Part shown: positions 23,257-48,849 of the stretch, in pieces | Layout of the letters: each line of letters opens with the position of its first letter | Numbering within the stretch: position 1 is the first letter of the stretch | Assembly: GCF_009914755.1 (NCBI RefSeq) | Contig: NC_060927.1 | DNA: 64,000 nt | Direction: 5' to 3' (one strand) | DNA from: the human T2T-CHM13v2.0 reference genome, Homo sapiens | Translations under genes and position numbers: made by a program | Notes under the pieces: generated by a model | Databases searched by the model: none | What the model was told of the DNA's origin: nothing | The model's input: the letters and a program-made list of their open reading frames with translations, nothing else

Positions 23257-24414
23257 TAATTTTTGTATTTTCAGTAGAGACGGGGTTTCACCATGTTAGC
23301 CAGGCTGGTCTCGAACTCCTGACCTCAAATGATCTGTCTGCCTTGGCCTCCCAAAGAGCCAGGATCACGGGTGTGAGCCACCACGCCCAGTATAAAATAA
23401 CATCTTAACATAATTTCTAGCATTTTGGAATCTGGTTCGAAAGGAATGAACAATAATGTATTAATAACATTATCCTTATAAGTGAGGCTAATGTCCACTT
23501 TTTTTTAAGTAATAAATGTTTAATCAAATAATTTTACATATTATTAACAGCATTCACTTGGCATGTCCACTATTTTTGCATTCTTAATTCCATCTGCAAA
23601 ATGAGATGAATAATGACTTCTTTAGAGTTTCACGTACAATACTATTCTCATTGAGCAGGGTTTTGGTCATCATCTGTTTTAAAACAGTTGTTTAACAAGC
23701 CCTGAAAAAAAAATAATTTTCACTGTCACCAAAATTCCAATTAATGTTAAGCGAAAAGTAAAAGTTTTCCAGTTATATAAGACTTAAGTAGTTCCATTTT
23801 TCTAGGCAAAAGAATTGTAAATTTGTTTAGCATAGTCTACCAATTTTAATAAACACAGTCCATCTAAAATTTAAATTCCTTGATACCAATACCAAGAGAA
23901 AAAAGAAGAAGAAACTACACAGGTTTCAGCAATGTTTGCAGATAAGATTATTTCTTTTTTTCTTTTTTTGAGACAGGGTCTCACTCTGTCACCCAAGCTG
24001 CAGTGCAGTGGTGCAAACTTGGCTCACTGCAGCCTTGACCTCCTAGGCTCAAGTGATCCTTTTGCCTCAGCCTCCCAAAATGTTGAGATTACAGGTGTGA
24101 GCCACGGTACCCAGACAAGGATATTTCTAATTTCTTTGTGCTTTGAGGAGAAAATACATAAAAAGAAGGAAGTAGTGACAATGGGTCAGTCACAAAGCCC
24201 TAATTCAAAGGGTTTCCATCTCTCGCACATGCAGAAGAATGAAAAAGCCAATAGTTCAGAGAGGCCAGGAAATATATTAAGAAGTTTTATGAACACAATT
24301 ATCACAAATCAGACCAATGTTGATAGATGATAGCCAGTAGTCTTATTAGACTTATTAACATTGCTTTGATGCTAGAGACATCCATAGCCTGTTATGCCAA
24401 CAACCATAAAGAAA

Positions 24415-24552
24415 CATTACTACCAAAAACATGGAAATATTTCATTATTAACATTTTGGTTAATTTTGATTTATGTATTTTATCATTATTACCAAAAATA
24501 TGGAAATATTTCATTATTAATATTTTGGTTAATTTTGATTTGTGTATTTTAT
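24415..24552. repeat. 69-bp tandem duplication (2 copies)
   Basis: 24415-24483 versus 24484-24552; 4 mismatches, all transitions. Confidence 0.95.
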
Positions 24553-25047
24553 AAACTTAAGCATACATGGTATATAAATGTATGATCAAGATATCAAAGC
24601 TGATGTTCAAGTTTCATAAACATGATTTCCGAGTAAAGACCTAAAAAACAGACTAAATATTCTGAAGTGGCTGCAAGATCTTGTCCAGTGCTTTCACGAA
24701 TGCAGAAATTAAGAGCATGTAACAATTCATTAGTAACCAATAAAGGTACAATAGCTCGCACCTGAGTGTCTATTATAAGATCTGGGAAAAAACAGAGGAC
24801 ATCTCATTTAAATCCCAAAATCACTTTCCAAGATAGGCATTATTACTCCTACTTTATATACAAGGAAACAGAATCACAAGCCAGAAAGTGCCAGAAATGG
24901 CATTCAAACTGCGGTCTAGTTCTAAAGCAAGAAATGTTTTCCATTATGTCATCCAGATACTCAGATACACCCACAGCAAGTAAGCTCTCTTTTCTATCAA
25001 CTGGACACCACTGAGAAAAAAGGTTCATATTTTAGCTCCAACCATGA

Positions 25048-25438
<391 letters not shown>

Positions 25439-25537
25439 TGATATGCCAAAGGAAATTCAAATGCACAGGATAAACAAACTTGGTGTGTCTTCCTAAAGAA
25501 TTCATTTTATTCAATAAATTATAGGGAGATTACTTTA

Positions 25538-25885
<348 letters not shown>

Positions 25886-26083
25886 TTAAGCCTAGACATG
25901 AATGCTAAAGAATGTATTATAGCCTATGTAAGAATACCTGGTCTATCTAGAAATGGGTCAATTAGTCTTTTCCAAATTCTAACAGGCATTTTGAGTCATA
26001 TAAATTATGTGTTCTGAAAGCAGGACAAAGAAATTTGTCATCAGGTAGGAATTAATAGTCCTGCTTTCTAATTTAAAGCATCA

Positions 26084-26414
<331 letters not shown>

Positions 26415-26669
26415 TCAATGTCTTACAAATACTGTTTTTATTGTCATTAGTTTGGTTAGATTCATACTTATAGCATCAACTTTTTCAAAGCAACACTTTC
26501 TCTCATTTATTCCTGTATGTGCGTGCCTATTTATAAACAAACTGATTTATAAACTCTAATATCTTTAGCTTCCTTCTCTGTCATTAAACCGTCTTGCTCC
26601 CTGCTCCTAAACCCAAATACACTGCTCCCTATTCCAATCACTTCTAATTGTTACTACTGCTGCTAGAGG

Positions 26670-27470
<801 letters not shown>

Positions 27471-28331
27471 ATATTCCATCTCCATTTATCTGTAACAATC
27501 AAAACTGTTAATTACAGATAGTATTTCATTTATTTTTTATTTATTTATATTTTTGGAGATGCAGTCTTGCTCTGTCACCCAGGCTGGAGTGCAGTGGTGT
27601 GATCTCGGCTTACTGCAGCCTCCACCTCCCCAGTTCAAGTGATTCTAGTGCCTTAGCCTCCCTGAGTAGCTGGGATCACAGGTATGCGCCACCACACCCG
27701 GCTAATTTTTTGTATTTTTAGTAGAGCTGGGGTTTCACCATGTTGCCCAGAGTGGTCTTGAACTTCTGAGCTCAAGCAATCTGCCCACCTCAGCCTCCCA
27801 AAGTGCTAGGATTACAGGTGTGAGCCGCTGCACCTGGCCAGAACATATTTTAGAATTAAAAAAAGAAAACAATTACGCTTCCTTTTAATACTCAGATTTT
27901 CTAAACATTGCCTCAGTGTTTAGCTCCTCTTTAATCACCTAAGCAATTATATTTCCATCATATAATTCTTCCTGTGCTATATAACTTTTTCAAAACCACT
28001 GGTTTTTCTTATCCTATTAATAAGTTCCAGAAAGAACAATGTTATAAATGTGGTATGTTCAGTCATAAAAAGGAGAATGAAACTATAGGAATTCTAACTT
28101 TCAACTAAAATGTTTGAACCAGAAACAGCAGTCCACTACAGATATAAACAGTTGAATTAAAAAGTAAGCTAGTTATAGAATCTACTGCAGAACAAAGTTC
28201 AAATTCCACAGGAAAAAAAAAAAAAGGGGCAATTCAAAATAACAAGTGACAGCCAGGCACAGTGGCTCACACTTGTAATCCCAGCACTTTGGGAAGCCGA
28301 GGTGAGCAGATCACTTGAGGTCAGGAGTTCA

Positions 28332-28595
<264 letters not shown>

Positions 28596-29242
28596 CTAGA
28601 AATACTCTGTGAATGCATACTGTCTGTTATCAGTTTGTTGCTTTTTTCTTTTTTGAGATGGAGTCTTTCTCTGTCGCCCAGGCTGGAGTGCAGTGGCGCG
28701 ATCTCAGCTCACTGCAACCTCCGCCTCCCAGGTTGAAGCGATTCCCCTGCCTCAGCCTCCTGAGTAGCTGAGACTACAGGTGCATGCCATCACACCGGGC
28801 TAATTTTTGTATTTTTAGAAGAGACAAGGTTTCACCATGTTGGCCAGGATGGTCTTGATCTCCTGACCTTGTGATCCTCCTGCCTTGGCCTCCCAAAGTG
28901 TTGGGATTACAGGCGTGAGCCAACGCGCCCAGCCAGTTTGTTGCTTTTTATGTGTCTGCTTTTCATTTTGTCCTGAGACTGCTGTTTATATCACCACAGA
29001 GGATTAAGGAGATGATGTTACTTAAGATGAGAAAGCCTCAGTGAAATCAAGGTTTAAGAGGCCATGGAAACTAAATTGCTAATTAGCTAAATTGGAACTT
29101 TCTCTTAATGTAAGAGTGATTGGTAAAACATCATTCCAGAGAATAATGTTATGAGTTCAAGAGTTATTATATTTATACTCCCTTAGCCACAACTGTTCCC
29201 TAATGGATCAAAATTATGCCACTGGATTTTAATTTACACTGA

Positions 29243-29368
<126 letters not shown>

Positions 29369-30216
29369 TGAGTAGCTGGGATTACAAGTGAATGCCACCA
29401 CTTCCACCTAATTTTTGTATTTTTAATAGAGAAGGGGTTTTGCCATGTTGGCCAGGTTGGTCTCAAACTCCTGATCTCAGGTGATCTGTCCACCTCAGCC
29501 TCCCAAAGTGCTGGGATTACAGGCGTGAGCCACTGCACCAGCCTTGACTTCTTTATTTTAATTTTATTTTTAATTAATTAATTTATTTTGGCTGGGCGCA
29601 GTGGCTTACGCCTGTAATCCCAACACTTTGGGAGGCCGAGGTGGGCGGATCACAAGATCAGGAGATCGAGACCATCCTGGCCAACACAGTGAAACCTTGT
29701 CTGTACTAAAAATACAAAAATTAGCTGGGTGTGGTGGCACATGCCTGTAATCCCACTACTCAGGAGGCTGAGGCAGGAGAATGGCTTGAACTAGAGAAGT
29801 GGAAATCGCAGTGAGCTGAGGTCCTGCCACTGCACTCCAGTCTAGTGTCAGAGGGAGACTCCATATAAAAAATACATATATATAATTTTAAGACAGGGTT
29901 GCACTCTGTTGACCAGGCTGGGGTGCAATGATTGGATCATAGCTCACTGAAGCCACAATCTCCCGGGCTGAAGCAATCCTCCTGCCTCAGCCTCCTGAGT
30001 AGCTAGGGTTACAGGCCTTCGCAAAACACCCAGCTATTTTTTTTTTTTTTTAATTTTTAGTAGAGATGAGGTCTTGCTGTATTGCCCAAGCTGGCTCTAC
30101 CTCCTCAGCTCAAGCAGTCCTCCCACCTCAGACTCCCAAAGTGCTGGGATAACAGGTGTGAGCCACTGTGCCCAGTCGTGACTTATTTTTTATTTTATTT
30201 ATTTATTTATTTTTGA

Positions 30217-30360
<144 letters not shown>

Positions 30361-31849
30361 TAAAGCAGGAGTGGAACCCCAGAACACTGAGACAAATCTA
30401 CCTGGGTGCAAAGCAATTATCTCTCAACCAAACAACTGAGGAAAAAGTACTATCACCATCATTTCACCAGTAATAGTGGCTCACTCATTAGCAGTTTGAG
30501 GAGGTGTACATAAGGTTAGATGTCTGTGAGAATAAGATTGCAGGAAAATAGTGTAGTTGTGACACCTCCTACCACCACCACATACCTGGACATTTACTCT
30601 ACTGTGAATTTCCAAGGTAGCACAGAAGCTGAGAAGTTCAGTTGCTTAAATTTCAAAACAGAATCCCCTAAATTCATCATCACTGACAGAATGAAGAATT
30701 TCACTATATTCCTGACATTGTTATTCCTGATATTGGTCATTTTACTTGTTTTCTAGTTGTTACAAAAGTTAAAAACAAACAAACAAACAAAAAAGCTTAG
30801 GCCAGGTGGGGTGGTTCACACTTATAATTCCCAGTACTTTGGGAGGCCAAGGAGGGGGAGAATCACCTGAGGCCAGGAGTTCAAGACCAGCCTGGCCAAC
30901 ATAGTGAGACAGCACCCCCGACCCCCAACTATCTCAATTAAAAAAAAGAAGAAAAAAGAAAAAAGAGAAAAACTTACATGTGTTTTACTCATGCAGAGAA
31001 ACAGGGAAATTTTTTAGAACTTACCCTCCATTACTTACAGGACAAACTTTAAACTCTTTTCCCATAGTAATTAAAGAAAATCTTACTAATTTAGTCACAG
31101 CCTTTCTCAGCACGATTTCCCAAACCCAGTTCCACAATTTAGGCAATGTCCTGTACTTTTTTGTACTTTCCTGCCTCAGTGCACTTTTACTTTGTGTTGT
31201 GCATTCTGGTGTGCCATTTCCTGGCCTCGTGGAATCTTATTCAAGAACAAAGTCAAATGTTATCTGCAATGTGAAGCCTGACTCCCAAAGGCAGTTACTA
31301 ACTGGCAACTCTGAACTCTCCTAAAATGTTCATCTTCCTTATTTCTTGAGTGCAGAACTCTGCCTTATTCATTAGAGGCCTTAGAATCCCGTCCCTTAGC
31401 TGGTTCAATAATGTTTGAACGAATAAACCCTGTTCCATTCACTAGAAGGCTGGATTCTGGGTACAACGGTAGGGGTAGAAATGGATTAGAAAGTATAGAG
31501 CTAGAAACCTAAAACCAACAAGACAAAAGGAAAAATGTGAACCATATGAGCCACACTTTTTAAAAGTGTGCATTTGTGTATTAAGCAAGTGGCATGAATC
31601 CCTGGACTCGGTTGTGTTATTTGATGGGTTGCCTCTCCCTGTTAACCGCATAGTGATCATTTGATTGCTCTAATATCATTCATTTTGGCTTTAATATTTC
31701 AAAGAAGCTCATTTGGACGAAACAGAAAACTTACCTTGAGTTATCTCCCATACAATGATTTCCAGTAAATTAATGAGCTTCCCTCCAACGTCACACACTC
31801 TTTCAAAAGGATAAATAAACCTAACACCATAATAGCTTAAATACACTAC

Positions 31850-32624
31850 CTGAAAGAGTAACGATTCCTCTGGGTTGAGGCTGAAACCGCAAATATTTGT
31901 TACAAAAGTCGGCAGATTCAAGGGCCAAAAACAAAACATTGCCCAAAAAGTAACCCGCTGTTTGGCCCACCGAATTGCAAGTAGAAGCATAACCCACATT
32001 TTCCCTGGATAACATAGTTAACGCCCAACCATCGACGGCAATGTCCTGAGTGGCGGCCAAGAATTCAAACAAAAAGAACGCCACAGTGAGAGCAATCACG
32101 TCGGGTGTTCTGTCATCGGTATTCCCAAGCAAACGGTCCACCTGAGTGGATAAATAGATCATGAAGAGTCCTAGTATATACTGTGTCGGGACAAGCCAAG
32201 ATTTGCGACGACCGAAGTTCTTAACGTAGACCGCATCAACCAACGGGGCCCAGAGTAATTTGAGACTGAAGGGCCAAAAGACAAAACTGAAGAAAGCTTG
32301 GTCTGTATAGCTAACATTTTTGCTTTGCAAAATGAGTGGGATGCTTCCCGCCAAGCCCAGGGGAATACCCTGAAGCACGTAAAGAAAGAGTAGTAGCAAA
32401 ATGCTGCTTAGTTCGGCCCGGAAGCTCTGTGGGGCTTTTAAGAAGTCGCCAGTGCCGGTATCCCCCAGAAGAGCTTCTCTGTCCCCTTCCCGGCCCGCTG
32501 AGTCCAAATGACTGTCATCCCAACCGCCTGGCGGCAGGGGACCGCTCTTCATATCCAGAGAGTGACTGAAATTCCCTGGCCGCCGTTGCCGGCTGCTGTC
32601 CTTGTGGGAGATGGTGGGTGACAT
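31850..32624 (-). CDS. SLC33A1: SLC33A1 coding exon 1 (775 nt), acetyl-CoA transporter 1 (AT-1), MFS fold
   Basis: ATG at 32624 gives MSPTISHKDSSRQRRPGNFSHSLD...LLLLFLYVLQGIPLGLAGSIP...ATQDIAVDGWALTML...GIVTLS. Donor CAG|GTAGTG at 31850/31849. N103-V-S sequon present; Ser113 codon AGT at 32288-32286. Confidence 0.99.
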
Positions 32625-33420
32625 ATCAGAGACGATGCAGAGCCCCGTCTGTGGGGGGCCGAGGCTGAGCGTTTTGGATCCGTCCAGTCCCAGGTCCAAG
32701 GCTGTCGCGCTGGACCAGGGTTTCGGTGGTTCACGGGATGGTGGCAGGGCTCAGAGCGATAAGGGCACTTCTTACTGCAGCCCGGAGTGCTGAAGCCGGG
32801 AGCCAGTCCTCTGGCTAGAGGCCCAGAGGATGCCTGGATAGGTGCCCCCTGGAACGGCGTCAAAGAGCCTGAAGGAGACCCCCGGGCAGCAGCGCCGGGC
32901 TCGAGGCTGGAGGTGTGTGCCGTGGTGCCAGGATGGAAACCAGCTCCTACCTGCGGCGGGATCGAATGGCTGGTCTCCCGACCCAACACCTCCAGCTCTC
33001 GCTGCTATCAATGCGGCAGAGAGCACTTTCTCTACAGGACTCCAGAAAAAGCATATAACTTCCTGCCTCGCGCTTCAGGAAGTGGTCCCAGTCTCTAACA
33101 GGTCCCTTCCCAGCCTCCAGAGCAAGCCAATCAGGGACACGCTCTCGTGGCCCAGTTCGGAAACAATGCTTGGTGGGAACCTGCAATCTTGGCTGCCGGA
33201 ACCTTCGGGGAGGATTAACGCCGGCGCACCGTGCGGCCGGGGCGGGGCGCCGCCCAAACTCAGGCCCTGTGACAGCGACTGTGGCGGTCTGGAAAGCGTG
33301 GGCCTCGGTCATTGGGCACGAGCGGTCACGTGACAGCGGGTTCCTCCAGGCCAGCGCTGGTGGTTGAGTGATGTAATCACGTGGGGTCTGAAGTCTTCGT
33401 GGGTGTAGGTTTCTTCGTTA
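32440..33420 (-). promoter_or_regulatory. SLC33A1: SLC33A1 CpG-island promoter and 5' UTR
   Basis: High GC and CpG density over the start codon and upstream. Inverted ETS pair ACTTCCTG (33058-33065) / CAGGAAGT (33076-33083), CCAAT 33127-33131, GC box ~33239-33248, GTCACGTGAC 33325-33334, TGATGTAAT 33369-33377, CACGTG 33378-33383. Confidence 0.9.
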
Positions 33421-33780
33421 TGCTGACGACAGGCAGTGCCCGAACTCTAGGCTGGGAGTTGTGCCATGCTGCTGCTTTCGTGGGCTGACCAGAAAAGGGT
33501 AGAAGGATTGACGTTTACGAAGTTTTTGAATCAGGAGGCAAGGTCGCCTTGTGCCCCCAAAAGGATAGAAAAAGGCCTGGCAAACTGGAGAATCGCGTCC
33601 TTACGGTGCCTACATATTTATAGTACGAATTAAACTGCTCAAGGGGTGCTAGGTTTGTCTGCAGTCCGTTTCTCCCTCATGGTGGAAGACGCGTGGGGAA
33701 ACTTGGTAACCAACTCTAATTACATTGGTGATTGGAAGACTCGTTACATCCTGTTTTTATGTTGCAATAAAACGTCTTGT

Positions 33781-34908
<1,128 letters not shown>

Positions 34909-35169
34909 TCAAGATTAAACCAAAACAACCATGAGTGGGATTTATATTGTGCTGGATTCAAACCCTGGCTCTAACAGTAGTTGTGCCTTGGACAGATTAC
35001 TTAACCTAAGCCTCCATTTTGATGAAAATAAAATAGAGTTCATAACATCTATTTCAGAGAGTTGTGGGAGTTAAAGGAAGCAGCCAATAAAGCCATTCAC
35101 AATCAGTAGGTGTTTTTTTTTTTTCCAAAAAAAAAGGAAATACTTGATGAGTTTGTATGTCTTGTGTTT

Positions 35170-35847
<678 letters not shown>

Positions 35848-36104
35848 TGAGTAGCTGGGACTACAGGTGTGTGCTACCGTGTCCCGCCACATCAGTTTTT
35901 AAATAAGGAATCTTCTTGGAAATAATTGATTTCTCCCTACATATAAGAATGATTCCCCTTTAGTGGTTCAATTATCTTCCTATCAAATGTTAAATCTTTA
36001 GATCTATGCAGGCAAGAGTTACAAACAATAGGAAAAATGACTGGAGGCAAATATCAGGAAAAGTGTTTTTCATGTTACCCCAATTCAATGTGTATGCATT
36101 ATTA

Positions 36105-36425
<321 letters not shown>

Positions 36426-37326
36426 CTAATGCTAAATAAAGAGTAGAGACAAGTATTCGTTGCTAAGCCATGCCCAAATTGCTGTTGTCTTCTTAGAAGA
36501 CTTAGTGGTAGTATCTTTCCAACACAAACTAAGACATTTCTCTACAAACCTGGGAACACCACCCCCACCAGGCCCTCAGTGTCCCTCAGCAAATGTGGAA
36601 CAAATGTCACTATCACTATGAAAACAAAACTGATACCGCATGGGACCTTCAGCCCATACTGTCATGAATAGCTGTTTTTGTTTTTTGTTTTTGTTTTTTT
36701 TGCATTTTCAACTCCCCTAACTCACTTCAGTTAATATCATTTCCCCTTTCTTTTGGAATACTGGTGTTCCCTGATTGATGTGTTTTGGGGAAGCTGGTGA
36801 AACTGCCAAATATAAAACCCTTCTGGTGGTCGCCATGATCCTTTCTTGCTTTTTTTTTTTTTCCTTGTCCCTTTATAGGTATCCTGTGTTTTCCAGTTGA
36901 AAGCTTGTGAAAATTCGCTTTATCCTTGAAGTTCAGAATTTTCACCAGGATGTATGAAGGTATGTATTGTATAATACATATATGTTTTTCTATTAATCTT
37001 GTTCAACATTTATTAGGTCTTTTTTAACAAAGTTTCAAATCTTTCTTGATTTTAGAGAAATTTTCCTTAATAATATCTTTGCTTTTTCATTTTTTCCTCT
37101 TCATTAATTCCCCCTAAAAGTCCTAGTAAACTTATATTTTGTTTACTGGAATTACCCCTTAAGCTTTTTCTCATAACTTTCCTTTTTCTTTTTACTCTAT
37201 GTTCTTAGAAACTTCCAAACTAGGTCCTTCAAAAACAAATTGAAATTGCACAGTTAAAATTTCTGCATTTCAAAATACATAAGAGTTTTATCTCAAAAAA
37301 CAAACAAACAACTATAAAAAAACTAT

Positions 37327-37674
<348 letters not shown>

Positions 37675-37733
37675 TTAAAATGGCAGATTATCAAAGACTA
37701 TTGAAGCTTGGTGATAGGTACACTAAGGGTTCA

Positions 37734-37985
<252 letters not shown>

Positions 37986-38832
37986 TCAGATACTTAGGAG
38001 GCTGAGGCAGGAGAATTATTTTTATTTTTATTTTTTTGAGATGGGGTCTTGCTCTGTCACCCAGGCTGGAGTACAGTGGCGTGATCTTGGCTCACTGCAC
38101 CTCCTCCGCCTTCTGGGTTCAAGCGATTCTCCTGCCTCAGCCTCCTGAGTAGCTGGGATTACAGGTGCGTGCCACCACACCCGGCTAATATTTGCATTTG
38201 TAGTAGAGATGAGGTTTTATCATGTTGGCCAGGCTGGTCTCGAACTCCTGACCTCAGGTGATCCACCCACCTTGGCCTCCCAAAGTGCTGAGATTACAGG
38301 CATGAGCCACCATGTCCGGCCGGCAGGAGAATTATTGAACTCAGGAGACGGAGGTTGCAGTGAGCCGAGATCACGCCGTTGCACTCCAGCCTGGGCAACA
38401 AGAGCAATATTCCATCTCAAAAAACAAACAAACAAATTGGTTAACCACCGCTATTAATGCTGCTATTCAGTCTGTTTCAGAAACAAAACAAAACTGAAAG
38501 AGAGAATTTTACTGGAAGGATATTGATGGCCTCCCAGAATCAGTGGAAGGCCAGGACACCTGGCTTAGCAAAAACACAAAAATCAAGGTGACAATATATT
38601 AGGAATTACAGCAATAATCTTCAAGAACATTTTTCAAAAAACTACTCCACTGCCACGCCTGTGATGTCTTTGCTTCGTTTTTCTAGGCTCTGTTACAAAA
38701 ATTAATACCACCATCTAGTGGACCCTTCATATACCTATGTCTGATTGTAGATTTCTTCTCTGGTTTTCCAGTCATTTCACTGAGATCTGAACTGTATCTT
38801 CTATATATTCCTGAGAATTTTAAAATTGTTTA

Positions 38833-42399
<3,567 letters not shown>

Positions 42400-42599
42400 T
42401 TTTCCCCTCTCAGAGATGACTACCTTTTATTTTTCAGGATTGATGAGGGAGGAGGTCAATCTTATGTATTTACTTTCTGTTGAATGGGGCATTGGCCCTG
42501 CCTATTGAGGGTATGGAAATCTCTGGCTGCTTGGTCTGAGGGTCCCAAGGGTGGATCATCAGGAGAGTCTGAATATGAGGCAGGGATTGGCTGCAATCT

Positions 42600-43256
<657 letters not shown>

Positions 43257-43276
43257 TGAGCCACCGCGCCCGACCC

Positions 43277-43545
43277 AAAACCTCTTGTTTATTTGACCAT
43301 TTAAGTGGTTTATGCTCTGGCCTTGTTAGGGCTTTATACAACTGCTTAGGAATGAGCCCAAATCCTGGGATCCAAATTCTGTAAAATCCTGCCATATTCA
43401 GGAAAGTTCTGAGTTTTTTTTGTTTGCTCGTTAAAGTTCTGTTTTTTAAGATAGTCTCTTTTTCGCCTGATGGACAAGGTTCAATATCCTGGGCTTAGGA
43501 GGTACTCCAGATATTTTACTTTCAGTTTAGAAATCTGGGCCTTGA
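43277..43545 (-). pseudogene. Decayed retroviral pol fragment (RT C-terminal/thumb region)
   Basis: KAQISKLKVKYLEY...LRTFLNMAGFYRIWIPGFGLIPKQLYKAL resembles the gammaretroviral LRxFLGxAGFCRxWIPGF motif (ORF 43114..43395). Confidence 0.85.
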
Positions 43546-43546
43546 G

Positions 43547-47900
<4,354 letters not shown>

Positions 47901-48849
47901 TAGAATATATTTAAACTAAGCATTGTTTAAGATAGATGGGACTTAGCCAATCCTTAATGCCAGTATATCACATCACATTCCACTCCATTAGGGGTGGATG
48001 TTTATGTAAGTTGAGGTTCTCCTATTGGTTACTGCACTCTTCTTTAGATTGTGCATACAGACCTACCCAGAGAAGCCAGTATCCATGGCTTTGGAGAGTT
48101 CAAATATTCAATTTTCCGTTCAAAAAAAGGTAAGCGAAATACTTAAGTCTCAGGCCCACTAGGACCTTAAGCCTTTCGTTTTTGTAAATATTTCACTAAT
48201 AAACTGTCTACACTTTCCCAGATTGGGCAGGCCTTACATTCTATATATACTGAGAGGCACATTATCTCACTAAGCCTCAATTTCCTCATTTGTAAAAAGG
48301 ATAAGAACATCAATCCTACCTTACTACTTTCACGGGATTGGTTAAAGTTAGCTTTTAAAGTATTTTCTCACTCTGGCTCCTTAATACCCTAGCTACAGTC
48401 TGACACAAGAATGACTGCAGCAAAATGTTGGCTGTATTATAATAAAAATATTTGTGGAAAGGCTTTGTTAGCTGGAAGCCATCTCAAGTATTATTCTTTA
48501 TACCCCAATCTCGATTTAGGCCTCTAGGTAACCAAATTCAAAGTAACACCTCATCATGATGGTTGCCAAGGGGTAGGTGGAGGGACTGCAGCCCCTTCCC
48601 CACAAACAATTCCAATAAAAACACTGTTGTGCAAACAGAGCTTCACGACCAGTTCCCTGGGCCAGCTGCTCACCAGATTACCACTCCCAAACTCCCTTTT
48701 CTTTGGAAATACTGCACCTGCTGTATTTGTGGGGAGCTGTATAACTTTTGAAGTATCTAAGTGATCAGTTCCTACAATGACATCCTTGAGATATGGCCAC
48801 GGAACTTTCCAAAGCAGCCTTGGCCTCCTTCATGTCCAGCAACCTGAGA

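Noticed and set aside
32625-32699. 25-aa N-terminal extension of SLC33A1 in the ORF track
   Set aside because: It starts at a TTG chosen by a prokaryote-style ORF caller; the first in-frame ATG is at 32624.
33127-33145. Canonical ERSE (CCAAT-N9-CCACG) at the SLC33A1 promoter
   Set aside because: Spacing and sequence do not fit (CCAAT-cagggA-CACG); kept only as a CCAAT box.
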